Below are positions 18,840 to 25,903 of a DNA stretch of 64,000 bases, one piece after another. Under the pieces are notes generated by a model. It searched no databases. It was not told where the DNA came from and saw only the letters and a list, made by a program, of their open reading frames with translations. Positions within the stretch are counted from its first letter, which is position 1, and each line of letters begins with the position of its first letter. The position numbers and the translations under genes are program-made. The DNA is taken from positions 1-64,000 of the IMG/VR virus record IMGVR_UViG_3300045988_162434, one strand, 5' to 3'. The stretch is from a virus.

Positions 18840-20591
18840 TTAAAACTCCTCCTCATCTAATATAATTAAATTATTTAAAGCATTATAAACCGCGGAAGCC
18901 GCTATAGGATTCTTTGACCCAGCTGAGAGTTCCTCATCAACAGCCACGCTTAGTACTCCTTCATTGGTAATATTAAGATAATTTCCAACTTTAATTCCAC
19001 CTAAAGTTTCATTTGTTGCTATTGGTATTTCAGACACCCCTCCGCCTGAACCAAATTTAATACCATAAATTTGACTAATATAAAAGTTATCCGTTCCAAT
19101 ATTAGATCTAGTTATTTTTGTTTTGGATGTTATAGTAAAATCAGAATGATATATTATCATTGTTTCTGAATTATTGCCGGTAACAGTGCTCATATTTAAA
19201 ATATCTGTTCCATCATATTTTAAATTCATTGTCCCATATAGGTTACTAAAAATATGAGTAGTATCAAAAGTACCATATAATTGAAGTATATCATAATCTG
19301 AAATTTTTTCTGAAAGAGTTATTTCTTCTTCTATTGTTGTTCCTGTATATAATAAATCTATTTTACCAGAAACTCCTCCGCCTGACTGGTTTTGATTAAC
19401 CCATTTCTGGTTTATATCATCCCAAATAAGAATCTGATTTTTCTTCAAATCTATTAACTCAACATCTTTTAAGCTAGAAATTGCGGATGCTTGATCTGCC
19501 CAAGCCCAGCCTCCTTCACCATTTGCGGTTGGAACTTGATCTATTGTTGCAGTAGATGCATCTAAATCAGCTTTTATAACTTTTGAATCATAAACTAAGT
19601 TTCCCGTATCTGGATCTTCGCCTAATTTTTCAAGCACATTTTGATTTTCAAAGACATGACCAACTTGAGCATTTTTATATAAGAGTTCACCTGCGGTCCC
19701 CTCGCTTAGTTCTTCCAGTACTCCAGAGTTTGAGAATGTTTGACCGACGTCCGCGCCTTTATAAGTAAGTTTGCCATCTACATTTTCACTTATTCCATCA
19801 AGAATTGTTTTGTTAGAAAACTTTTCACCACTAACCTTAACTGTATTATAATATAAATTATTATCATTATCAGCAGATATCTTTGTTAATACATCTTTAT
19901 TACTAATATCGTTATCATACATAAGTTTATTATTATTATAAACCAAGTGTCCGTCCAATGATTCTGATAATTGTAATAAAACATTTTGATTCATAAATAT
20001 AAAATCAACAACTTGTCCATTGTAGGCTAACTTTCCATTAACAACAGAAAGTAATTTTAATACATCTGCATTATCAAATGTTAATATTTTTTTATCATAG
20101 TATATATTTCCAGATGCATCAGAAGTAAATTTATCTAATACATCCTTATTGCCAAATTCTTGTCCTTTAACTACTCTACCATTATATACCAAATCATCAT
20201 TAGCATCTGCTGATAATTTTTTAAGAACATCTGTATTATCAAAGCCTTCAGCTTTACCATCTTTAAGAATTGCAGTATGTTTACCATCTTTATCTTGAAT
20301 AACAATAGTAACAATACCTTTTTCCTCATCTCTAACCATCGCGGCAGTTGGTGAGTAGCCCTCAGGACCAGGATCTCCTTTCTCTCCAGGATCACCCTTC
20401 TCGCCGTCTTCAACCTGCATTGCCGCAGTTTTAGTAGTTCCATCTTTCATCTGCCACTCAAAAGTTACTGTATTAGTAGTTCCTTCTTTTGTTATACTTT
20501 TTATAGTACAAGGCGCGCCCGCGACAGAACCAGTTCCAGCCATAGATTGCTCTGTAAATTTCTTGGCTAGATTAAGAGTATCTAAATCCAT
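18840..20591 (-). CDS. tail fiber protein with a collagen-like segment and NDxL-repeat region
   Basis: 583 aa. Collagen-like run GEKGDPGEKGDPGPEG. Repeats of about 22 aa (NKDVLxKxSADxxxNLxYNGxxV). Its N-terminus is paralogous to 12128-14671. Confidence 0.6.
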   Translation of the reverse strand: MDLDTLNLAKKFTEQSMAGTGSVAGAPCTIKSITKEGTTNTVTFEWQMKDGTTKTAAMQVEDGEKGDPGEKGDPGPEGYSPTAAMVRDEEKGIVTIVIQDKDGKHTAILKDGKAEGFDNTDVLKKLSADANDDLVYNGRVVKGQEFGNKDVLDKFTSDASGNIYYDKKILTFDNADVLKLLSVVNGKLAYNGQVVDFIFMNQNVLLQLSESLDGHLVYNNNKLMYDNDISNKDVLTKISADNDNNLYYNTVKVSGEKFSNKTILDGISENVDGKLTYKGADVGQTFSNSGVLEELSEGTAGELLYKNAQVGHVFENQNVLEKLGEDPDTGNLVYDSKVIKADLDASTATIDQVPTANGEGGWAWADQASAISSLKDVELIDLKKNQILIWDDINQKWVNQNQSGGGVSGKIDLLYTGTTIEEEITLSEKISDYDILQLYGTFDTTHIFSNLYGTMNLKYDGTDILNMSTVTGNNSETMIIYHSDFTITSKTKITRSNIGTDNFYISQIYGIKFGSGGGVSEIPIATNETLGGIKVGNYLNITNEGVLSVAVDEELSAGSKNPIAASAVYNALNNLIILDEEEF

Positions 20592-20756
20592 TCCTTTACC
20601 TCCTTTATTTCAAATTCTTCTAAGAAAATTATGGACATAAAAATATAGGTAATTACCCAAACCTATTTTTGGATTAAAAAAGTTCAAACATCCATTTTGG
20701 TTCAGGTGTACGAGTGTCTGCGCTCCGAGTAGATTCTGCACTCTTGTTATCTAAAT

Positions 20757-20795
20757 AAAAAAAATGGAGTCTCTTAGTCAAAGAAACTCCATAAT
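20757..20795 (-). terminator. intrinsic terminator at the 3' end of the tRNA-array transcript
   Basis: Stem GGAGT...ACTCC followed on the minus strand by a T8 run. Confidence 0.6.
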
Positions 20796-20880
20796 AATAA
20801 AACAGCTTGTTCAAGAAATTGAGGAGGAGAGACTCGAACTCTCGGTCTTTCGCGTATAGTTGAATAATTGAGATTTGAAC

Positions 20881-21498
20881 TCAAATTTGAAGCCAATCCT
20901 CATCAGAAATAGTTTTAATAATAGAAACTTTACTTGGCAAATTATAAGCAATACACCATTTTCTTATAGCATTATCACTTACATTATACATTCTACCAAT
21001 TTGAAGAAAAGATGTTGTGCGAATTAGATTTTTTAATGTATCACGATCAGGTCTTTCTGTTATTCGTTGTTGCATCATAGCACAATTTTGACAATAAGTT
21101 GCTTTTGAAGTAATAGTCTTTCCACAATTAGGACAATATTTAATTTGATGTTGTCTTAATTGAATAATTCGATTTGTAATTTCTTGAGCCTTTTTATCAT
21201 TATAAGAAGATTCTAAATCAAAGTCTTCTAAATTACTATGAACTTCACGATGGCAATTTGCACAAAGTAAAATACTTTTCTTTAATTCATTACAAACTCG
21301 TTCCCAGCTACAAGAATTTGCTTTATTGAAACTAAGTTCTTTTTCTTCTGGATTAAGATGATGAAATTCTAAAGCATGAATATCCTTATGATATCCACAT
21401 AATTGACATTTTTCACCCATTACATAAACCATATCTAATTTACGTTGATCTCTACTGTTTTTTACATTTTCATATGACATTTTATACACCTCTTTCAT
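20881..21498 (-). CDS. HNH homing endonuclease
   Basis: 205 aa. HNH motif CQLCGY...LEFHHLNPEEKE...LLCANCHREVH, a C-terminal zinc ribbon (CPNCG...CQNC) and an HTH. It sits at the edge of the tRNA array. Confidence 0.8.
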   Translation of the reverse strand: MKEVYKMSYENVKNSRDQRKLDMVYVMGEKCQLCGYHKDIHALEFHHLNPEEKELSFNKANSCSWERVCNELKKSILLCANCHREVHSNLEDFDLESSYNDKKAQEITNRIIQLRQHQIKYCPNCGKTITSKATYCQNCAMMQQRITERPDRDTLKNLIRTTSFLQIGRMYNVSDNAIRKWCIAYNLPSKVSIIKTISDEDWLQI

Positions 21499-21603
21499 AT
21501 AAAATGTAAAATTGAACTATTCCTTTATCGAACTTTGACCTCTGTTTTTCATTAAACTATTATTCATTAGTCGAATGCTTTAGCCATCTAAGCTACTCCC
21601 CAG

Positions 21604-21688
21604 CGCTGCACACAGGATTCGAACCTGCAAAGCCTTTCAGCTCAACCGATTTCAAGTCGGCTCCCTCACCACCCGGACATACAGCATA
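21604..21688 (-). tRNA. tRNA-Ser (anticodon UGA), type II
   Basis: Anticodon arm GCCGA-CTTGAAA-TCGGT, long variable arm, T-arm GCAGG-TTCGAAT-CCTGT, acceptor GCTGTAT/GTGCAGC with G-U pairs. Confidence 0.6.
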
Positions 21689-22176
21689 CATTTTAGAATC
21701 AAAAATTTTATTTTAATTTCCTTACTTAACGCCTAGACATTGTTAAGGGGTCTGCGTTGCCACTCCATCTTCCTTTATTTCCCTCATTCCATAAAAATAA
21801 AATTTTAATTCTTCAACTCGGTACTTTTCATCTTAACTCTTGATTACCCAAGTAGTAACCGATTTTAATTATATCGCCTAAGATAGCGGATTCAATATTT
21901 TGTTCTCAATCGTTGGTAATAGCGTATTGAGGCAGAGGTGACGAAATCTCCGCATCTACATGTAGTCATCATAGCAGATTAAATATTACACTTGTATTTT
22001 AGCAGTAATCGCATCATCCTGAGTACTAACACCCATTAAATAAGAGCCTACACTGTTGTGACGATGTCCGCAATTTGCATACGGCTTCTCTGGCTAGTGA
22101 GTTATTATCATACTCTACTTTCGTTTTTCAGCTCTTAATCTCTATTATTTTTAGTCATTTGAGATTAACAGACTAG

Positions 22177-22224
22177 CGCCAGCACTAGGATTCGAACCTA
22201 GATACCCAGATGGATAGAAAGCTT
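22177..22224 (-). tRNA. tRNA-Ser (anticodon GCU), 3' half of a split gene
   Basis: Contains anticodon-loop AA, anticodon stem GCTTT, a 16-nt variable arm, T-arm CTAGG-TTCGAAT-CCTAG, acceptor TGCTGGC plus G73. It pairs with the 5' half at 22924-22958. Confidence 0.55.
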
Positions 22225-22923
22225 GCTCTTAAAAGATTTTATTCCTCTTCTTTTTCTACTTTCCATACAAAACCATATGCGGTGTTGCGTTTTCCATTAG
22301 CTGCTTGGCTAATATGAGAACCACCACGTTCAACATTTATTGCTCTTGAGGCATCAGCATAACTAGAATATGTATTTAAATACTCACCATTTAAAGAATA
22401 TTGTTTTATTTTAATCACTTCTTTCTTAAAAAGAATTTTGTTTAAATTTTCTTTTTGTTCTTTTTGCTCTCTTTCATCATAAGAGATTTTTGAAAGAGTT
22501 TTTAAAAGCGTGTAATCAGATAATAAATCTCCAGTTTGATTACAAGAATTTTTTTTAAACAACAATTTTTTAGAGCTAATTCCACATTGACCAACAGGAA
22601 TTAAATAACATTGATTATTGTAATAAGTAGCAAAAACATCTATATCTTTTTCTGAATAAGAATGTTGAACACTACCTTGAGCAGATAAATGAGTACTTTT
22701 TGTATTAAATACAATTCCATTATTTTCCTCTCTGCAAGTTTTTACTTGCACTCTTAATAATTTACCTTCAATATCAGCAATAAAATCATATCGACAATCT
22801 TCAGATAAAGGAACTGATACATTATATCCTAATTGCGTAAAACTTATTTGACATTGAAGTTCTGTGGTAAGTCCTTTAATTTTTGTTTCTTGTAGCATAG
22901 AATGTATATAATATCTTTATTAG
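22225..22923 (-). mobile_element. Intervening sequence (about 699 nt) splitting tRNA-Ser(GCU) between anticodon-loop positions 36 and 37; encodes an endonuclease
   Basis: The flanking halves reconstitute a canonical type II tRNA (acceptor GCCAGTA/TGCTGGC, loop TTGCT|AA). The insert ends ...TTTTAAGAGC. Confidence 0.55.
22239..22898 (-). CDS. PD-(D/E)xK-type homing endonuclease with a C-terminal NUMOD4-like DNA-binding domain
   Basis: 219 aa. The N-terminus GLTTELQCQISFTQLGYNVSVPL...YDFIADIEGKLLRVQVK (D...E.K) is paralogous to ORF 25912-26340. The C-terminus GEYLNTYSSYADASRAINVERGGSHISQAANGKRNTAYGFVW matches the NUMOD4 pattern (..F.S..EAA......I...L.GK.K.A.GF.W). Confidence 0.6.
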   Translation of the reverse strand: MLQETKIKGLTTELQCQISFTQLGYNVSVPLSEDCRYDFIADIEGKLLRVQVKTCREENNGIVFNTKSTHLSAQGSVQHSYSEKDIDVFATYYNNQCYLIPVGQCGISSKKLLFKKNSCNQTGDLLSDYTLLKTLSKISYDEREQKEQKENLNKILFKKEVIKIKQYSLNGEYLNTYSSYADASRAINVERGGSHISQAANGKRNTAYGFVWKVEKEEE

Positions 22924-22958
22924 AGCAAGCTTTTGCGATACCCTTACGCCATACTGGC
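22924..22958 (-). tRNA. tRNA-Ser (GCU), 5' half of a split gene
   Basis: Acceptor GCCAGTA, a 3-bp D-stem GCG/CGC with loop TAAGGGTAT (Ser-like), and anticodon stem AAAGC followed by TTGCT. Confidence 0.55.
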
Positions 22959-22962
22959 AAAA

Positions 22963-23034
22963 AGCCCATAATGGGAATCGAACCCATATCAGCTATTTGG
23001 AAGACAGCTATGTTAGCCATTACACCACATGGAC
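22963..23034 (-). tRNA. tRNA-Gly (anticodon UCC)
   Basis: Anticodon arm GCTGT-CTTCCAA-ATAGC, T-arm ATGGG-TTCGATT-CCCAT, D-stem GTGT/ACAT. Confidence 0.6.
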
Positions 23035-23038
23035 TTAA

Positions 23039-23110
23039 TGCGCCGCACGGGAGTTGAACCCGCCTAGACACGATTAAAAGTCGTGTGCACAACCGATATG
23101 CCAACGGCGC
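23039..23110 (-). tRNA. tRNA-Lys (anticodon UUU)
   Basis: Acceptor GCGCCGT/GCGGCGC, anticodon arm CACGA-CTTTTAA-TCGTG, T-arm GCGGG-TTCAACT-CCCGT. Confidence 0.65.
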
Positions 23111-23151
23111 TAATAATTAAAGTAATCTACTACTGAGCTACAGACGCTTAA

Positions 23152-23224
23152 TTCTTCAGGTGGGATTTGAACCCAACAGTTTTGGTTCCGTAGACCAATG
23201 TTTTATCCATTAAACTACTGAAGA
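23152..23224 (-). tRNA. tRNA-Arg (anticodon ACG)
   Basis: Acceptor TCTTCAG/CTGAAGA, D-stem GTTT/AAAC, anticodon arm TTGGT-CTACGGA-ACCAA. Confidence 0.65.
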
Positions 23225-23225
23225 A

Positions 23226-23296
23226 TATGTGTATTAGGATTCGAACCTAAACTTAAAGTTTAAAACTCTTTTGTGCTACCTTTACACTATACACAT
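23226..23296 (-). tRNA. tRNA with ambiguous anticodon: UUU (Lys) or UUA (ochre-suppressor reading), depending on the fold
   Basis: Acceptor ATGTGTA/TACACAT is perfect, with T-arm TTAGG-TTCGAAT-CCTAA. The anticodon region AAAGAGTTTTAAACTTTAAG folds two ways. The first, AAAGA-GTTTTAA-ACTTT, gives UUU. The second, AAGAG-TTTTAAA-CTTTA, gives UUA. Confidence 0.45.
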
Positions 23297-23438
23297 CCTC
23301 AATTATGACTTTTTCTGTATAATTGAAATAATTTAATTTAACACGCGCGTTCTGTCTATTAGGTCATTACATTAAAGCAGTTCTATGGTTGAACTTTTAC
23401 CAGAATGGGATTCCAAACCCTCGACTTTTTTGTAATGA

Positions 23439-23509
23439 AGCATGAAGTTGGAGTCGAACCAACCTATGAGGTTTTGCAGACCTCCTCCTAGCCGCCCGGA
23501 CCTCCATGC
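23439..23509 (-). tRNA. tRNA-Cys (anticodon GCA)
   Basis: Acceptor GCATGGA/TTCATGC, anticodon arm GAGGT-CTGCAAA-ACCTC, T-arm GTTGG-TTCGACT-CCAAC. Confidence 0.65.
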
Positions 23510-23587
23510 AAAATATAAACTAGACACTGACATTTAATAATTGACTTCACTCTCAATTCTTTAATAATTATTGCTGTGTGTGTCTAA

Positions 23588-23663
23588 ACACTCCCGACAG
23601 GACTCGAACCTGCAACAAAAGTCTTAGAAGGACCTTGCTCTGATTCCATTTGAGCTACGAGAG
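23588..23663 (-). tRNA. tRNA-Arg (anticodon UCU)
   Basis: D-stem GCTC/GAGC, anticodon arm AGGTC-CTTCTAA-GACTT, T-arm GCAGG-TTCGAGT-CCTGT, acceptor ACTCTCG/CGGGAGT. Confidence 0.6.
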
Positions 23664-23667
23664 TAAA

Positions 23668-23740
23668 GTACGGGTGGTGAGATTCGAACTCACACTTGAC
23701 GAGGCTTAAACTCGTTGTCTCTGCCGTTGGACTACACCCG
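23668..23740 (-). tRNA. tRNA with anticodon UAA (Leu UUA-reading) but a short, type I variable arm
   Basis: Acceptor GCGGGTG/CACCCGT, anticodon arm ACGAG-TTTAAGC-CTCGT (perfect), 5-nt variable loop, T-arm GTGAG-TTCGAAT-CTCAC. Confidence 0.5.
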
Positions 23741-24035
23741 CTTATCAGGCTAGCTGCAGTGGTATCGGGGAATTGCACCCCGGTTTCCTCTTTATAAGGA
23801 AGGCGACTTATCTAGTTAGTCGAATACCCTAGCCTATAAAATGACAGTTCACTCTTCTGCCGATTCAACCAGTTTCTTGCTTTTCCTGTGCAAGGCTTAA
23901 TTAAATGCTTTATTCTAGGTATTGTCGCGACACGTCACTAGAAAGAGTGTTATAATAAAGTTAAGCACATAAAATTTTAAAGTTACAATCTAAATCATCT
24001 TCTTTAAAATTGCAAAATTGCTGTTTGTGCTCAAA

Positions 24036-24121
24036 TGGGCGGAGAGGGAATTGAACCCACTCGGGACATAAAGCCTCCGGTTTTACAGACCGGTGTGTCT
24101 ACCTTATCACGCTACCCGCCC
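24036..24121 (-). tRNA. tRNA-Tyr (anticodon GUA), type II
   Basis: Acceptor GGGCGGG/TCCGCCC, anticodon arm CCGGT-CTGTAAA-ACCGG, long variable arm, T-loop TTCAATT. Confidence 0.6.
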
Positions 24122-24128
24122 TTAATAT

Positions 24129-24497
24129 CTATTTGTTTGCCCAATTAACAAGGACTTCATGGCTATTGCATAAATCTTCAAAAACTTTATCACTTACAAG
24201 AAAATTTCCTTGTGAAAATCCAGCTTCATCTAAACCAAGATTTGTACGAAATCCATCAATATAAATACCAGATAAAATACCATCATTATCAGTAATACAT
24301 CCATTACGAACATAATCAAGAAATTCTTTGCCTGATAACAAATCATAAGCTGGATGTATAAAAATATCAGCAATAGCTTCTTGAAAAACAGGTGAAACAG
24401 TTTTGACCATATCATCTATTGTAGTTATTTGATATACAAGCTCATAATTATTATCTAATTTAAAAAACATAAATCCTTTACTTTTATACTCATTCAT
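24129..24497 (-). CDS. hypothetical protein embedded in the tRNA array
   Basis: 122-aa ORF with no recognisable motif. Confidence 0.3.
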   Translation of the reverse strand: MNEYKSKGFMFFKLDNNYELVYQITTIDDMVKTVSPVFQEAIADIFIHPAYDLLSGKEFLDYVRNGCITDNDGILSGIYIDGFRTNLGLDEAGFSQGNFLVSDKVFEDLCNSHEVLVNWANK

Positions 24498-24578
24498 ATT
24501 ATCAATTCCTTTCTTAACTTTCTATAAATATTATAGCAAAAATATTTATAAAAATCAATTTGATATTTAAAGCGGCAA

Positions 24579-24600
24579 CCGGTTTGAGATCTCAAACCGG
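24579..24600. repeat. perfect 22-bp palindrome CCGGTTTGAGATCTCAAACCGG
   Basis: Read directly from the sequence; located between ORF 24129-24497 and tRNA-Met. Confidence 0.8.
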
Positions 24601-24698
24601 GCAACCGCGTTGCAAAGAAAGGTTTTATATGAACCAAGTTTTTAACAGAACTTGGAAAACTGGGAAAGGAAGGAAGGTCAATCATGAATCTGACCTAA

Positions 24699-24769
24699 TG
24701 GCGGAAGCAGGACTCGAACCTGCGTCTCTAGCCTATGAAGCTAGCAAGGAACCACTCCTCTATTCCGCG
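24699..24769 (-). tRNA. tRNA-Met/Ile2 (anticodon CAU)
   Basis: D-stem GAGG/CCTT, anticodon arm CTAGC-TTCATAG-GCTAG, T-arm GCAGG-TTCGAGT-CCTGC, acceptor CGCGGAA/TTCCGCC with a 1-72 mismatch. Confidence 0.55.
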
Positions 24770-25402
24770 ATATTTAATATTCTCAATAAAAACAAAATAG
24801 AATAGTCCTTCGACTTACTATAACATATCTTCAAAATTATTACTCTACATAGGAGATAGAGGCTGAGCAAGGCTAGCTAATTCCTTACTTCTCTACCCCA
24901 GCATAATTGCCATATCTATGACAGGATTGACTACCTGCACCTTTCACTTAAACCATTCAGCATATACTTTTATAATTAAGAATTTTCCTCATTCTTTAAT
25001 TCAAATTATCAACTACTTTGCATTAAGCTACTTAGAGTTGCATACAGTTCTTATATCAACATTTCTGTTGTTTCATTGCAAAACGGATTATTGGTATTTC
25101 CTAGGATTGCTACTGGGTACCACCCCGATTTAGCCTAACTAGGAGAGGGAGTGATTAAACTCCTTTTTATTGTTCCGCCGAACCGCATCCTGAGCTATTT
25201 TGCGATATATCTAGTGCCATGACTTTACTTTGGGTTTCCAACCTCTTCATTTCAGTATCACTACTTTCAATGCGGACCACTATCCACAAGTATCCTTGTT
25301 TCGTTCGTGCCGAGCTCTTTTCGCCATGCCTTAGCTGTGTGGTTAGTACATCTGCACTAAGATATTCATTTTTGTTTTTACTGAGAATATTAAATTTTTA
25401 AA

Positions 25403-25475
25403 TGCTGCCCCTAGGAGTCGAACCCAGTGTCATCGGATATAAGCCGATTCCCCAAAACCGTCGAGGACAAGCAGC
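25403..25475 (-). tRNA. tRNA-Ile (anticodon UAU, AUA-reading)
   Basis: Acceptor GCTGCTT/GGGCAGC, D-stem CCTC/GGGG, anticodon arm ATCGG-CTTATAT-CCGAT (perfect), T-arm CTGGG-TTCGACT-CCTAG. Confidence 0.55.
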
Positions 25476-25865
25476 TAGTTGCATTACTGCTCCATTACGC
25501 GCACCTGTCTACGCAACTTCCGCAGTACACCTGGACACTTGATATTCTTAGGATTTTCTTCAAGTGTTGCCAATCTATTCTTTAAAATTGCTAATTTCTG
25601 TTCTCTTGTCATAATATCCAATCCCTTTCTATTGTTATATAATAGATCCAATCCTGCTGGTTATTAGCAAGTAAACCTCGTTTACAAACCAGCTGGATCT
25701 ATACCACATTTTAGACAGTAGCCGACTGTACGCTTTACCACTCACGTATCTAGGAGAATTTTGTCTTTTGCTTTCAATCTAACAAAACAATTCTAAAACC
25801 AAAACAACTTTGCTTACTGTTTAAGTTGAATCAGAGGCTAATTTGATTAACTTGCATATAAGTAG

Positions 25866-25903
25866 CGGTTCTAGCGGGGCTCGAACCCGCGTTATTCTCC
25901 CGT
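25866..25903 (-). tRNA. tRNA-Asp (anticodon GUC), 3' half of a split gene
   Basis: Anticodon-loop AC, anticodon stem GGGAG, T-arm GCGGG-TTCGAGC-CCCGC, acceptor TAGAACC plus G73. Confidence 0.6.

Noticed and set aside
23226-23296. Genome-wide stop-codon recoding implied by a putative UUA suppressor tRNA
   Set aside because: All large structural and enzymatic genes in the window translate as long uninterrupted ORFs in the standard code (ORF track), so there is no evidence of in-frame stop recoding. The suppressor reading also remains only one of two possible folds.
23584-23778. ORF-track ORFs overlapping tRNA genes (23584-23778, 24494-24685, 24560-24805, 45417-45626, 7449-7703, 27585-27776, 22844-23104)
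   Set aside because: They lie on top of well-formed tRNAs or promoter-hairpin cassettes and lack RBS. Their amino-acid compositions reflect tRNA sequence, so they are spurious.
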